The notes: a model not told the origin generated them from the sequence alone. Shown: positions 16,813-25,933, numbered from the stretch's first letter. The stretch is DNA of 35,562 nucleotides from an uncultured Oscillospiraceae bacterium (GCA_964655605.1 CAZZNN010000002.1:1172-36733), one strand, 5' to 3'. Made by a program: numbers and translations.

Positions 16813-17783
16813 TCATCTGAGGTCTGTGACGCCGCATCGTCTAAATCAGTTTGAGATGCTGCCTGAGCGGCTATAGCCGCCTCTATCTCCGCAGCGCTCT
16901 GTAAAAACTCTATTTTGCCTTTGCCAACTTCAAACCTCAAGTCCGGCGAACATTCGCCAAGCGCGTATATCTCGTTTTCAAGGCTGAACAGGAAAAGTCC
17001 AACCCCTTGTGAGCCGCCGTGAGCATTTATCGTTACTACGCCTTCGGTTGATATATAGCCTATTTCCGCTCCGTGATAATTGCCCATATTGTTAACATCA
17101 AGCTCTGCGCCATTTTTTAAAAATACGGTGTTGTCGCATTTGAGCGCATTGTAATCATTTTTAGTCACAGCCTTTAAAAGTGAATTTTCCTGAAGCTCAA
17201 TATTTCCTTCTTTTATGATAACGGCGCTCATATCGCCGGTGGCTTCGAGCCTTGCGTCTGCTTCAAGTATAAGCCCCGTTGCGTTAAGGCCGCTGCCAAC
17301 ATTGCTCGAAAGCGCCATATCGCTGTTCTTAGTTATAACAACCATGCCTGCCGCATTTATGCAATGCGTAACGCTCGAAATTTTCGTGTCTTTGGCCGCT
17401 ATCCTTGCGTCTCCAAGGCAGCCTATCGCATCGTAGCCTCCAATCACCTCAATATTTTCAAGCGTCAGCGAGCACCCATCTTCAAGCCTTACAACGCAAT
17501 CTCCCGTTCCGGACAAGGTGTAGCCGTTTCCATCTATCACCAACGCGCCTCTTTGCGTCGTGAGCTTTATCATCTCGCTGTCCAGGCTTATCGAAGCCGC
17601 AAGCGTCGCCTTATCTGATTCGCCTTTTTCAATAAAAAACAGCAGCTCCTCGGCAGTGTATATGCTGTCTCCCGCGAGCGGTTCGTTTAGCTGCAAATGC
17701 TCCTCCTGCACTTGCTCCGGCGCGCACGCGCACAGCGCAAGCGCGCTCAATATGATTATAAGTATGAACAGCTTAAATTTCAT
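16809..17783 (-). CDS. Hypothetical lipoprotein with right-handed beta-helix-like repeats
   Basis: Signal peptide with Cys (ILSALALCACAP). Short G/N/D-containing repeats recur periodically (IDGNGYTLSGTGDCVV..., LENIEVIGGYDAIG..., ITKNSDMALSSNVGSG...). RBS is AAGGAAG. The ATG lies 1 nt after the flavoprotein stop. Confidence 0.7.
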   Translation of the reverse strand: MKFKLFILIIILSALALCACAPEQVQEEHLQLNEPLAGDSIYTAEELLFFIEKGESDKATLAASISLDSEMIKLTTQRGALVIDGNGYTLSGTGDCVVRLEDGCSLTLENIEVIGGYDAIGCLGDARIAAKDTKISSVTHCINAAGMVVITKNSDMALSSNVGSGLNATGLILEADARLEATGDMSAVIIKEGNIELQENSLLKAVTKNDYNALKCDNTVFLKNGAELDVNNMGNYHGAEIGYISTEGVVTINAHGGSQGVGLFLFSLENEIYALGECSPDLRFEVGKGKIEFLQSAAEIEAAIAAQAASQTDLDDAASQTSDD

Positions 17784-17784
17784 T

Positions 17785-19401
17785 CTAATCTTCCTTAAAT
17801 CGGCTTATTATCTGCTCTGCGGCCTTTAATCCGTCAACCGCGGCGCTCACTATTCCCCCTGCGTACCCCGCGCCCTCGCCAACCGGATATAGATTCCTTA
17901 CGCTGAGCGATTGACCGTCTTCGGCTCGCAATATGCGCACGGGCGCGCTCGTTCTGCTCTCTATTGCGGTAATAACCGAGTCGTGCATATCAAAGCCCTT
18001 GAGCTTATGCGCAAAATCACGCAGACCCTCACGTATCCCGTAAGCCACAACGTCCGGCAGGCACTTTGAAACGTCCGTGAGCATTATCCCGGGCTTATAT
18101 GTGGGCTTTACAGCGCCCAGGCTGATCGACGCTTTACCGAGCATATAATCGCCGGTCAGTTGGCACGGTCCCAATCCTTTGCCCAACTCATACGCCGCGC
18201 ACTCATATTGTTTTCTGAATTGCAGCGCACCCTTCGCGTCACTTCCAAAGTCACGCTCGTCCACCTGCACAACAACCGCCGAATTTGAGTTTTGAGCATC
18301 TCTTGCATGATAGCTCATGCCATTTACCACAACTTCGTCCGGAGCTGAAGCCGATGCTACAACATAGCCTCCCGGGCACATGCAAAAAGTGTATACGCCC
18401 CTGTCTCCCGCGCGCGCCGTCAACCTATATTCAGCTGCTCCAAGCCTTGGATTCGAAAACTGCGCTCCATACTGCGATTTATCTATCAGCTCTCGCGGGT
18501 GCTCTATTCTAACGCCTATCGCATAAGGCTTGGCAATCATGCTTACTCCGCTTTTAAGCAGCATATCGTATGTATCGTAAGCGCCCTGGCCTATCGCCAG
18601 AATGCAGCTATCACACGGCCAAACCTGCTCAACTCCATTTTCGCACACCCTTATTGCGCTAAGCTCTCCGCCGTCAATCTCAAGACCTGACAGTCTTGTT
18701 GAAAAGCAAATTTCGCCGCCAAGACTTATTATTGCCTTTCTTATCTCTTTAACGACCTTTTTTAGCTCGTCCGTGCCTATATGCGGTTTTGCACTTATCG
18801 TGACGTCCCTTGGTGCGCCGTGCTTCGCCAACAGTTCAACAATGTATGCGGCTCTTACGTCTTTTATCCTCGTCGTCAGCTTGCCGTCCGAAAACGAGCC
18901 TGCCCCGCCTTCACCGAACATTACGTTGCACTCTTTATCAAGCTCTCCCCCGCTCCAATAAGCATTCACCTTTTTCGTGCGTTCATCTATGGGTCTGCCG
19001 CGCTCTATCACAATAGGCTTGTATCCCTGACGCGCCAGTTCATACGCCGCGAACAATCCGGCAGGGCCAAGTCCAACTACCGCAACCCTGCTTTTCAGCC
19101 TTTCCAAGCCATGTTTAAGCTCATATTGCCGCCCGTCCTGCCTGCGCTCCAAGCAGCAGCCGCGCTTATTCGCAAGAGCGTTTTCAAGGCTTGGGGGCAA
19201 TTCTGCCCTAAATGTGTATACAAACGCAATATCCCTGCCCTTGCGCGCGTCAAGCGAGGCGCGTACCGCCTGGAGTGCCAAAATATCACGTTCTTTGATA
19301 TTTAGTTGCTTTGACACATACTCGCGAAACAGCGCATCGTCATTTGCTTCGCCGCCATGGGCGGCGAGCGGTATCTTTACATCAGCCAGTATAAGCGCCA
19401 T
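17785..19401 (-). CDS. Uncharacterised FAD/NAD(P)-binding dehydrogenase (COG2509-type)
   Basis: Rossmann motif VAVVGLGPAGLFAAYELARQG. The length of about 540 aa and the overall pattern match the conserved clostridial 'FAD-dependent protein' family, by recollection. Confidence 0.75.
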   Translation of the reverse strand: MALILADVKIPLAAHGGEANDDALFREYVSKQLNIKERDILALQAVRASLDARKGRDIAFVYTFRAELPPSLENALANKRGCCLERRQDGRQYELKHGLERLKSRVAVVGLGPAGLFAAYELARQGYKPIVIERGRPIDERTKKVNAYWSGGELDKECNVMFGEGGAGSFSDGKLTTRIKDVRAAYIVELLAKHGAPRDVTISAKPHIGTDELKKVVKEIRKAIISLGGEICFSTRLSGLEIDGGELSAIRVCENGVEQVWPCDSCILAIGQGAYDTYDMLLKSGVSMIAKPYAIGVRIEHPRELIDKSQYGAQFSNPRLGAAEYRLTARAGDRGVYTFCMCPGGYVVASASAPDEVVVNGMSYHARDAQNSNSAVVVQVDERDFGSDAKGALQFRKQYECAAYELGKGLGPCQLTGDYMLGKASISLGAVKPTYKPGIMLTDVSKCLPDVVAYGIREGLRDFAHKLKGFDMHDSVITAIESRTSAPVRILRAEDGQSLSVRNLYPVGEGAGYAGGIVSAAVDGLKAAEQIISRFKED

Positions 19402-19402
19402 A

Positions 19403-20686
19403 TCAGTTATTCTTTACCGTTACGGTAACTTCCTTGAGCGAAAGCGTTTTTTCAAGCTCCAGCAGCATTTCGTCGCTAGGCAGCGAAACATAAACGCTGA
19501 GCTTATATTCGCCCTCCGGTCTATCGGTCACATCTACATAAAGTGATACGTCGCTTGGGTTGAGCTTATTTATAAGGCTCACCCTGCCAATAAGCTTCAG
19601 ATCCGCCGCCGATACGTCCAGTTCGGCGCTCATGCGTTTCCCAAGCCCGATCACCTGTATTGGCAGATCTTCAAAGCTCAATTCATTCTGCTTTTCCGCA
19701 ATATCAAGATACACGGTCACCGTGCTTCCGTTTACCAGCTTTACTCCGTCGGGGGCAACGAGATCAAGCTCTGTAAGCAAGCTCTGCGAATAGCCCGATA
19801 CGTCAAGCTGATCCGCGCTTATTGAGCTTATCGCGTCGATAACGCTCTTTTCTCCCGCTATTGTCACAGTTTCCTGCGAAAGCTTCATGCTTTTGATCTC
19901 ATAATTAGCGGCAAGATTGTCCTTACCCATCAGCGAGCCTTCAACGTCGATCGGCACTTCCTTTTTAGGCAGCACCTCCATTTTTAGCGACACTGACGGC
20001 AGTTGCCCATATAACACCGACATTTCGACTTCATTTCCGTCGGTATCATAAAGCACGGCCTCAAGCGACTGATTATAGCTTGATGTTATATTTGAAATAT
20101 CCAGCGTGCAAACCGCCTTAACTATCTTTGATATATCCGTTTTCGGCCCTTCTATATCAAGATAGGATTGCGCCATCACGGGCTGACTATTCCAATACCC
20201 CTCCGGAATGGCGCCTGTGATTTTTATTTCAACGGGCACCCTGCGGGATACGAGCGAATCAATTTCAACATCTACAGCGCTTGGCGTTTTGCTTAACACC
20301 GTTCCCTCCGAGGTGGTTGCGTTTATAGGTAAAGAATATGTTCCAACCGCATTAACGCCTTTAAGGCTTATCGTAGCCACCACGTCGTCCACGCCAAGGT
20401 CTGCATATTTGGTAAGCTCTGTGCTCACCTTAACGCTCACTTCATCGAGCAAGGCATTCTTATCGCCGCGGACGACAAGCTTTCTATAGTTTAGATCCGC
20501 CTCGCCCTCGATATTGATGTGAACTCCGTCAACAACCTTTGTTCGGCTTGGATTTTGATCCATCATAACGTAGCCCCATAGCATCATTGCAAAGATGAGC
20601 GAAATAATCTTTAGAACTACGTTTTTTGTGAAAAAGCCGCCCACTTTTTTGAGAAAAGCGGAGCCGAAATTATTTTTTGTTTCCAT
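19403..20686 (-). CDS. cdaR: YbbR-domain protein CdaR (regulator of CdaA)
   Basis: N-terminal TM helix (VVLKIISLIFAMMLWGYVM) followed by repeated beta-rich modules of about 90 aa. It lies immediately downstream of cdaA and overlaps it. GGAGG lies 7 nt upstream of ATG 20686. Confidence 0.85.
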   Translation of the reverse strand: METKNNFGSAFLKKVGGFFTKNVVLKIISLIFAMMLWGYVMMDQNPSRTKVVDGVHINIEGEADLNYRKLVVRGDKNALLDEVSVKVSTELTKYADLGVDDVVATISLKGVNAVGTYSLPINATTSEGTVLSKTPSAVDVEIDSLVSRRVPVEIKITGAIPEGYWNSQPVMAQSYLDIEGPKTDISKIVKAVCTLDISNITSSYNQSLEAVLYDTDGNEVEMSVLYGQLPSVSLKMEVLPKKEVPIDVEGSLMGKDNLAANYEIKSMKLSQETVTIAGEKSVIDAISSISADQLDVSGYSQSLLTELDLVAPDGVKLVNGSTVTVYLDIAEKQNELSFEDLPIQVIGLGKRMSAELDVSAADLKLIGRVSLINKLNPSDVSLYVDVTDRPEGEYKLSVYVSLPSDEMLLELEKTLSLKEVTVTVKNN

Positions 20687-21518
20687 CTTTTTTCCTCCGC
20701 TTAAATAGCTGTCCGCCTGCGCTCTGCTCTTTCATGAAAATAGATTCAAGCAAATTATGCAGCGCCTTTTGATCTATATAGCGCACAAGCTTGCCGTCGC
20801 GCGCGAACGAGATTACCCCCGTTTCCTCCGATACCACTATGGTTATAGAGTCTGAAACGCTGGATACGCCAAGCGCGGCTCTGTGGCGCGTGCCAAGCTC
20901 ACGATCCACCGCAATATCCTCCGCCAGCGGCAAAAAACACGCCGCTGAAACTATCTGCCCGTCGCGGATCACAACGGCGCCGTCATGCAGCGGAGTGTTT
21001 GGTTCAAATATGTTTTCAATGAGAGGAGCGGAGATCATGCCCTCTATACGGGTGCCCGTGCTTATTATATCTCCAAGGCCGGTGCGCTGTTCAATTACGA
21101 TAAGCGCGCCGACTCTGCGCTTTGCCAAGCTTAAAAGCGCATGCTGCATCTCGCTGACTATTTCAACAGCTTCCCGCTGATAATTGCCAAAAAGGGCGCT
21201 GTCGAATATCTTGCCTCGCCCTATATGCTCAAGCGCACGCCGGAGCTCAGGCTGAAACAGCACGACAACAACGATTATTCCTGAAACCAAGAATGAACTG
21301 AGTATCCAACTCAATGTGGGTAACTCGAGCGTGTCGCTCAAAATGGCCGCGATAAACACCATTCCAAGTCCTTTTAGCACCTGATAAGCGCGTGTTTCTT
21401 TTGTCAACACGAGAAGCCTATACAGCAATATTGCTATTATCAATATATCCAGCACATCCGTTAAGCGGAACTGTGCAAAGCCGCTTCCGAGTGTTTTTAC
21501 CAAAACGTCAAACGTCAT
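20670..21518 (-). CDS. cdaA: Diadenylate cyclase CdaA
   Basis: Three N-terminal TM helices, then a DAC domain with HDGAVVI (DGA) and GTRHRAALG (RHR) motifs. RBS is AAAGGAGG. Confidence 0.93.
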   Translation of the reverse strand: MTFDVLVKTLGSGFAQFRLTDVLDILIIAILLYRLLVLTKETRAYQVLKGLGMVFIAAILSDTLELPTLSWILSSFLVSGIIVVVVLFQPELRRALEHIGRGKIFDSALFGNYQREAVEIVSEMQHALLSLAKRRVGALIVIEQRTGLGDIISTGTRIEGMISAPLIENIFEPNTPLHDGAVVIRDGQIVSAACFLPLAEDIAVDRELGTRHRAALGVSSVSDSITIVVSEETGVISFARDGKLVRYIDQKALHNLLESIFMKEQSAGGQLFKRRKKDGNKK

Positions 21519-21574
21519 TGCGCTTACCTCCTTTCATGTGAACATAAACCTACTTATACATCTGTACATAAGTG

Positions 21575-21583
21575 ATTTTACCA
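21575..21583 (-). promoter_or_regulatory. Candidate extended -10 promoter for cdaA
   Basis: The minus strand reads TGGTAAAAT (TGnTAAAAT) about 55 nt upstream of ATG 21518, in an AT-rich divergent intergenic region. Confidence 0.4.
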
Positions 21584-21686
21584 TATAAAAAAGCATAATT
21601 AAATAAGTTATTACAATGATAATGATTGTTTTTTTGTTGGTAATATGTTATTCAAATAAGTATAAAGAAACAAAGGAGAAAATTTT

Positions 21687-21911
21687 GTGCTCACGATAGA
21701 CAGAATTGAAAACGATAACGCAATATGCGAGGACGAAAATGGCGAAATAACGCTCGTTCCATGCTTCCGCATACACGGCGCAATAGAAGAAGGCAACGTT
21801 ATAACGCCCGACTGCGAAGGCATGTATTTCGTAAACAAAGCCGCCACTGAAAAAGCGCTCAAGGACGCGCAGGCAAGGCTTGACGCGCTTTTTGATAAAT
21901 CTAGGCGCTAA
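21687..21911 (+). CDS. DUF3006-family small protein
   Basis: The pattern MLTIDRIENDNAICEDENGEITLV...EEGNVI...LDALFD fits the DUF3006 architecture as I remember it. GTG start, with AAAGGAGA 8 nt upstream. Confidence 0.65.
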   Translation: MLTIDRIENDNAICEDENGEITLVPCFRIHGAIEEGNVITPDCEGMYFVNKAATEKALKDAQARLDALFDKSRR

Positions 21912-22041
21912 GCGCCAATATGGCGGCGAAGGCGCCAAGCGCAAGCGTTATTGCCGAATTTACGCGCGAGGCTTTATTTTTTATGCAAACGCATAGATAT
22001 GCTATGCAATATGCTAAAGCAAATATTGCGATTACCAGCAT
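21901..22041 (-). CDS. Small two-TM membrane protein coupled to gerAC; candidate germinant-receptor D-type subunit
   Basis: Not in the ORF track (under 60 aa). My translation is MLVIAIFALAYCIAYLCVCIKNKASRVNSAITLALGAFAAILALSA (46 aa): two hydrophobic helices joined by a basic loop. Its ATG (22041-22039) shares one nucleotide with the gerAC stop, giving TGATG. Confidence 0.5.
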   Translation of the reverse strand: MLVIAIFALAYCIAYLCVCIKNKASRVNSAITLALGAFAAILALSA

Positions 22042-23216
22042 CAGCCGCTCACCTCCCAAATCAATGTCTTATCATTCATCTCAACCTCTACGTTATATTC
22101 CACTTGGCACGAAGCAATCTTCGCCTTCCAATCATAATCGCTCCACTCCTTCGAGCTTTTAAAGCACTGCGACACGCCTCTGCCAAAGCCGAGAATATCT
22201 GAATTCATATTTACCCCGGCTTCAAATACGCGTTTTAATCCATCGCGCAGTTGATTTTGCGCAGCTATTGCTATATCGTTTCCGCTTATCACTTGCTCAG
22301 GATAGGATAGAAGCTCGCAGTCGAGCTTTTCCGTTATACTCACCCGCGCTAGGCCGTCCTTAATTGCCGCCTCCATTCTGTGCTCTATCAAATAAAGCCT
22401 CAGCGACAGCATTTCGCCATTTACGAGCACATCAAGGCTGCATTCCTTTAGTTCTCCTCGACCAAGCAAAATAAAGCAAATATCCCTTTCAGGCACAGTA
22501 CCAACCATTTTCTTGCCATCATAAATCGCAGCTCCGCTTATATGTGAGCTCATCGTGCCGCTTGTTCCCCAGGCTGTATTTTGCGAATCACCTTGCGGCT
22601 TCTCCCCCTCCTCCCCTGATGATTTTGCCGCGACACCAAGCGGCATCACCGCATCTGTCCGCCCGCCGTGCACAGCCTCGGTAAATAAAGCTATATTCAT
22701 TAGCGGCGCGGCGCCGTCGTCATATTTTGTGTTCATCATGGCCACCTGAAGCTTCGTGACATTAGGCTCGCTTTCTATATTCAACCCGTTAAAGTATTCA
22801 TACGCGCTCCGCTGTATCGTCATAAGCTTGACAGACCTTCTCATGTGATAAGAATTAAGCGCAATGGACAGGCATTTTTCCATAACCCCGTCACGAGCGA
22901 GCTCGTCTGATACGGCAAAGAGCGTAACACGCGAAAGATTCAATGCGTTTGGAAAACCGAGCTGCACGCTCTGCAATGCTTCGCTAAGAGTCGCGCCCTC
23001 GGCGGACATCACCTTAGCGCCCGCATTATCCTGCCCATTCTCGCCTCCGCCTTCTTTTTGCACAAGGAACGACACCTTGAACGGTTTGATTATCCCCTTA
23101 TCCAGCCCAACGGCAATAACGTATGCATATTCATCAAGCGGAACCGCCTTCATGCAGCCGCTCGCGCAGAACGCTATTAAAAGAACAGCCGCGCATAAGT
23201 TACACAGTTTTCGCAT
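22041..23216 (-). CDS. Germinant receptor C subunit (Ger(x)C lipoprotein)
   Basis: MRKLCNLCAAVLLIAFCASGC carries the lipobox ASGC and is followed by VPLDEYAYVIAVGLDKG, typical of GerAC proteins. ATG 23216 is preceded by GGAGAGGG and overlaps the 3' end of gerAB. Confidence 0.88.
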   Translation of the reverse strand: MRKLCNLCAAVLLIAFCASGCMKAVPLDEYAYVIAVGLDKGIIKPFKVSFLVQKEGGGENGQDNAGAKVMSAEGATLSEALQSVQLGFPNALNLSRVTLFAVSDELARDGVMEKCLSIALNSYHMRRSVKLMTIQRSAYEYFNGLNIESEPNVTKLQVAMMNTKYDDGAAPLMNIALFTEAVHGGRTDAVMPLGVAAKSSGEEGEKPQGDSQNTAWGTSGTMSSHISGAAIYDGKKMVGTVPERDICFILLGRGELKECSLDVLVNGEMLSLRLYLIEHRMEAAIKDGLARVSITEKLDCELLSYPEQVISGNDIAIAAQNQLRDGLKRVFEAGVNMNSDILGFGRGVSQCFKSSKEWSDYDWKAKIASCQVEYNVEVEMNDKTLIWEVSG

Positions 23217-24282
23217 TCTTCCCTCTCCTGTATCTGATAGCATTTATCACGCCTGCACACGCAAGCATCGCCGCGAGCCCCGCGCTTGCCCACGGAAAGA
23301 CTTTTTTTATTAGCTCGTATATCCAGGCGTTTTTATCTATAAAAAGCACCGCCGCGCCAAGCAAGGCGCATAAAGCTAAAACCGCCGGCCTCGCATCGCT
23401 ACCAAAGCTCACGCGGCACAGTATATTACCCGCCGAATACGCATAATAAGCGCATACCACAAGCGCCCCAATAAGCCAAATAAAAAGCAGAAGTTTATCA
23501 TAGCGCATAAAATAGCCTTCGCTGGGCAATATCATATTCAACTCATACAGCGGCAAAAAAATATCTCTCAACTCAGTATACGCATACGCCATGCCGAGCA
23601 CCAGCTGCGCCGCTGACGCTGTCACCGCCGCAGTGAGCGCGCCCACAAGCGTTCCTTTGCGCGCATTACAATAGCCGTTGGCGCTTTTGGGAAAGAACAT
23701 TATTGCCGCTATTCCCGGCAGCAGTAATGCGCTAAGCGCCCATGTCTCTGTTGCCGCGGATTTAATGCCCTTGCCAGGAAAAGGCGAAAGCCTATATATT
23801 TCGCTCCCCTCCGACGAGACGGCGAGCGTTGCCACAAGCAGCAAAACCAACGCCATGCATATACAGCGCGCCGTCCGCGAGATGGTTTCAAAGCCCGGCA
23901 CGGTGACGAGCGCTATTGTAAGCACAGTCCAAACAACCACTCTTTCATAACCCGACTGCCCGAATATATGATAATGCACCGCATGGGTGAAGCGTGAAAG
24001 AAGCATTATCCCGGCCAGTATCAGCAATATCGCCTCGATAACCGCAGCGAGCTTTATCAAAATACCGCCGCGGTTTACCCCGCTGCCGGATTTGAGCGCG
24101 CTCATCGCAATAAAAGCGCCTGCGAGCGAAATTATTATTGCTATGGGTATGGTGATATATGATATGTTACCGTCCAAATAAAGCGTTTGTGAATCTATCC
24201 CAAACAAGCTCATTATCCCAACAGACATTCCCGCAAGGCACGCTATCTCCTGAGTTCCGCTCCTTCCCTCATGCAGCTTCAT
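23200..24282 (-). CDS. Germinant receptor B subunit (spore permease / APC-like)
   Basis: 360 aa and about 10 TM helices. It sits between the A and C subunits and forms an ATGA overlap with the gerAA stop. Confidence 0.85.
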   Translation of the reverse strand: MKLHEGRSGTQEIACLAGMSVGIMSLFGIDSQTLYLDGNISYITIPIAIIISLAGAFIAMSALKSGSGVNRGGILIKLAAVIEAILLILAGIMLLSRFTHAVHYHIFGQSGYERVVVWTVLTIALVTVPGFETISRTARCICMALVLLLVATLAVSSEGSEIYRLSPFPGKGIKSAATETWALSALLLPGIAAIMFFPKSANGYCNARKGTLVGALTAAVTASAAQLVLGMAYAYTELRDIFLPLYELNMILPSEGYFMRYDKLLLFIWLIGALVVCAYYAYSAGNILCRVSFGSDARPAVLALCALLGAAVLFIDKNAWIYELIKKVFPWASAGLAAMLACAGVINAIRYRRGKNAKTV

Positions 24283-25883
24283 CGCACGCGCTCCTCCATG
24301 GAATTCACAATATCCGCAGTTCTTTTATGCATAGTTATCCTGCCGCGGCGTATAAACGGACGTTTTGTGTACGCCACCGGTGCAAACGGCGCAAGAAACG
24401 GCACGCCGTATGATTTAAGCGAAGCTGTGAGCGCAATAACGATTACCAATGCGCACGCCATGCCCAGCAAGCCCGCCATCCACGCGCAAAGCACAATGAA
24501 TACCCTAAAGTATGACGCTGCGAGCTGCGTTGAATAATCCGGTATGCAGAAATTGCCAAGTCCGGACAGTGCGACCACTATAAGCACCACCGAGCTCGCG
24601 AGATTCGCGCTTACGGCTGCCTGACCCAATATTAGCCCGCCTATTATTCCTATCGCTTGCCCAATGCTGCCCGGAACCCTCAAGCCCGCTTCTCTTATCA
24701 ACTGGAATACTATAAGCAAAAAGATAAGCTCTGTGCCTATTGGAGCAAACACCATCTTTCTTGATGAAATCACGGTGCTTAGCACCTCGGTTGATAACAG
24801 TCCCTGGTGATGCAGCGCCAGCGCCAAAAAATATCCCGGCAGTATAATTGATATAAGCGCTCCCAAGTATCGCACTATGCGGATAACAGTGCCCTGAGGC
24901 TCCCTTAAAAAAATATCCTCCGAGCTCGACATGAGCGCTGCGAGCGTAACAGGCATAACGTTTGCGTAAGGGCTCCCGTCAAGCAGTACCGCCACATAGC
25001 CCTGCATTATAAATGACGCCGCCCTGTCGGGGCGCTCAGTTGCGAGCACCTGCGGAAACGGCGAAATGCTGCTTTCTTCCGTAAGCTGTTCCAACATGCC
25101 GCTATTTAGCACCATGCGCGTGTCGACGTGCGCCATGCGGCGTTTTACCTCCTCAATGAGCGCGGTGTTAGCAACGCCTTCCCTGTAAACTATGGCGGCT
25201 CTTATCCGGTTATCGCCGCCAGCGTCACGGAATTCGCACACCAAATCCTCGGTTTTTATCATGCGCCTAAGCAATGTTATATTTGTGCGAATATTCTCGT
25301 TAAAGCCTTCGTGCGGCCCACGCACCACCTTCTCATTCTCCGGCGCGCCAACGCTTCTGTGCGCAAAGCCTCGGGTATCGAGCAATATGGCTTCCTCATC
25401 TCCATCTATCAGCACCGCCGTTCTCCCCTCAAGCGCTGCGCTTTTCACCTTGCCATAATCCGCGCTCAGCTCCGTTTCGCTAAGCGTAAGCACAGTTTCC
25501 GCAACAAACTTTGCATAAGGCCGCTGCACGCCGTCTATAGCGCCGCGGCGCATAGCTTCGCGCAAAATAAAATCGCTGACCTGATCCGCGCTCGCCATGC
25601 CGTTAATAAAAAGCGCAAGCGCGTCGACGCGCCCGCCAAGCTTAAAGCGTCTGAAAATGATGTCGGGATTGATGTCTGAGCGAAAGTCGCGTTTGAGCCA
25701 TGTCTCGGTCTCATCGAGCGACAGGGATATTTTTTTATTGCCGCCATCGGCGCTTTTATCCGCTTCGCGCGCATTTAGCGTCGTAAAATATCCCGGTTGC
25801 CCACGCTCTGTTTCGAGCAATTCAAATTCGCTTTTGCGATTTTCAAAACTGCATATTTTTCGTATTGCGTCCATAAGCTTCAT
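24279..25883 (-). CDS. Germinant receptor A subunit (GerA/GerAA family)
   Basis: EKVVRGPHEGFNENIRTNITLLRRMIK, SPFPQVLATERPDRAASFIMQGYVAVLLDGSPY and a C-terminal TM block are classic GerAA features. ATG 25883 (MKLMDAIRKI) is preceded by GGAGGG; the track start at 25964 is a TTG. Confidence 0.9.
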   Translation of the reverse strand: MKLMDAIRKICSFENRKSEFELLETERGQPGYFTTLNAREADKSADGGNKKISLSLDETETWLKRDFRSDINPDIIFRRFKLGGRVDALALFINGMASADQVSDFILREAMRRGAIDGVQRPYAKFVAETVLTLSETELSADYGKVKSAALEGRTAVLIDGDEEAILLDTRGFAHRSVGAPENEKVVRGPHEGFNENIRTNITLLRRMIKTEDLVCEFRDAGGDNRIRAAIVYREGVANTALIEEVKRRMAHVDTRMVLNSGMLEQLTEESSISPFPQVLATERPDRAASFIMQGYVAVLLDGSPYANVMPVTLAALMSSSEDIFLREPQGTVIRIVRYLGALISIILPGYFLALALHHQGLLSTEVLSTVISSRKMVFAPIGTELIFLLIVFQLIREAGLRVPGSIGQAIGIIGGLILGQAAVSANLASSVVLIVVALSGLGNFCIPDYSTQLAASYFRVFIVLCAWMAGLLGMACALVIVIALTASLKSYGVPFLAPFAPVAYTKRPFIRRGRITMHKRTADIVNSMEERVR

Positions 25884-25903
25884 ATTCTGAGCCCTCCGCA
25901 ATG

Positions 25904-25933
25904 TAGTTTCTCCCCAACACGATATGGTTATTC
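25904..25933 (-). promoter_or_regulatory. Candidate forespore-type (sigma-G/sigma-F-like) promoter for the ger operon
   Basis: On the minus strand: GAATA (25933-25929), 18-nt spacer, GAAACTA (25910-25904). Compare the sigma-G consensus GHATR-N17/18-CAHWHTA. The overlapping GGAGAAACTA fits the sigma-F -10 pattern GGNRANAHTR. The predicted leader would be very short, with the transcription start near the RBS. Confidence 0.3.

Noticed and set aside
13887-21911. Functional link between the ComEC-type MBL protein and the DUF3006 protein, which bracket the cdaA operon on the plus strand
   Set aside because: I have only a vague recollection that these two families are often neighbours. They are 6.7 kb apart here, and I cannot support the association from the sequence.
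25128-25679. 183-aa plus-strand ORF inside gerAA. Similar long antisense ORFs occur at 18781-19305, 8430-8894, 15997-16443, 22864-23313, 7274-7687, 34876-35286, 4273-4641 and 20791-21180.
   Set aside because: All lie fully antisense to genes with clear family motifs. Their products are Arg/Ser/Pro/Cys-rich with no recognisable domains or RBS, so I treat them as shadow ORFs.
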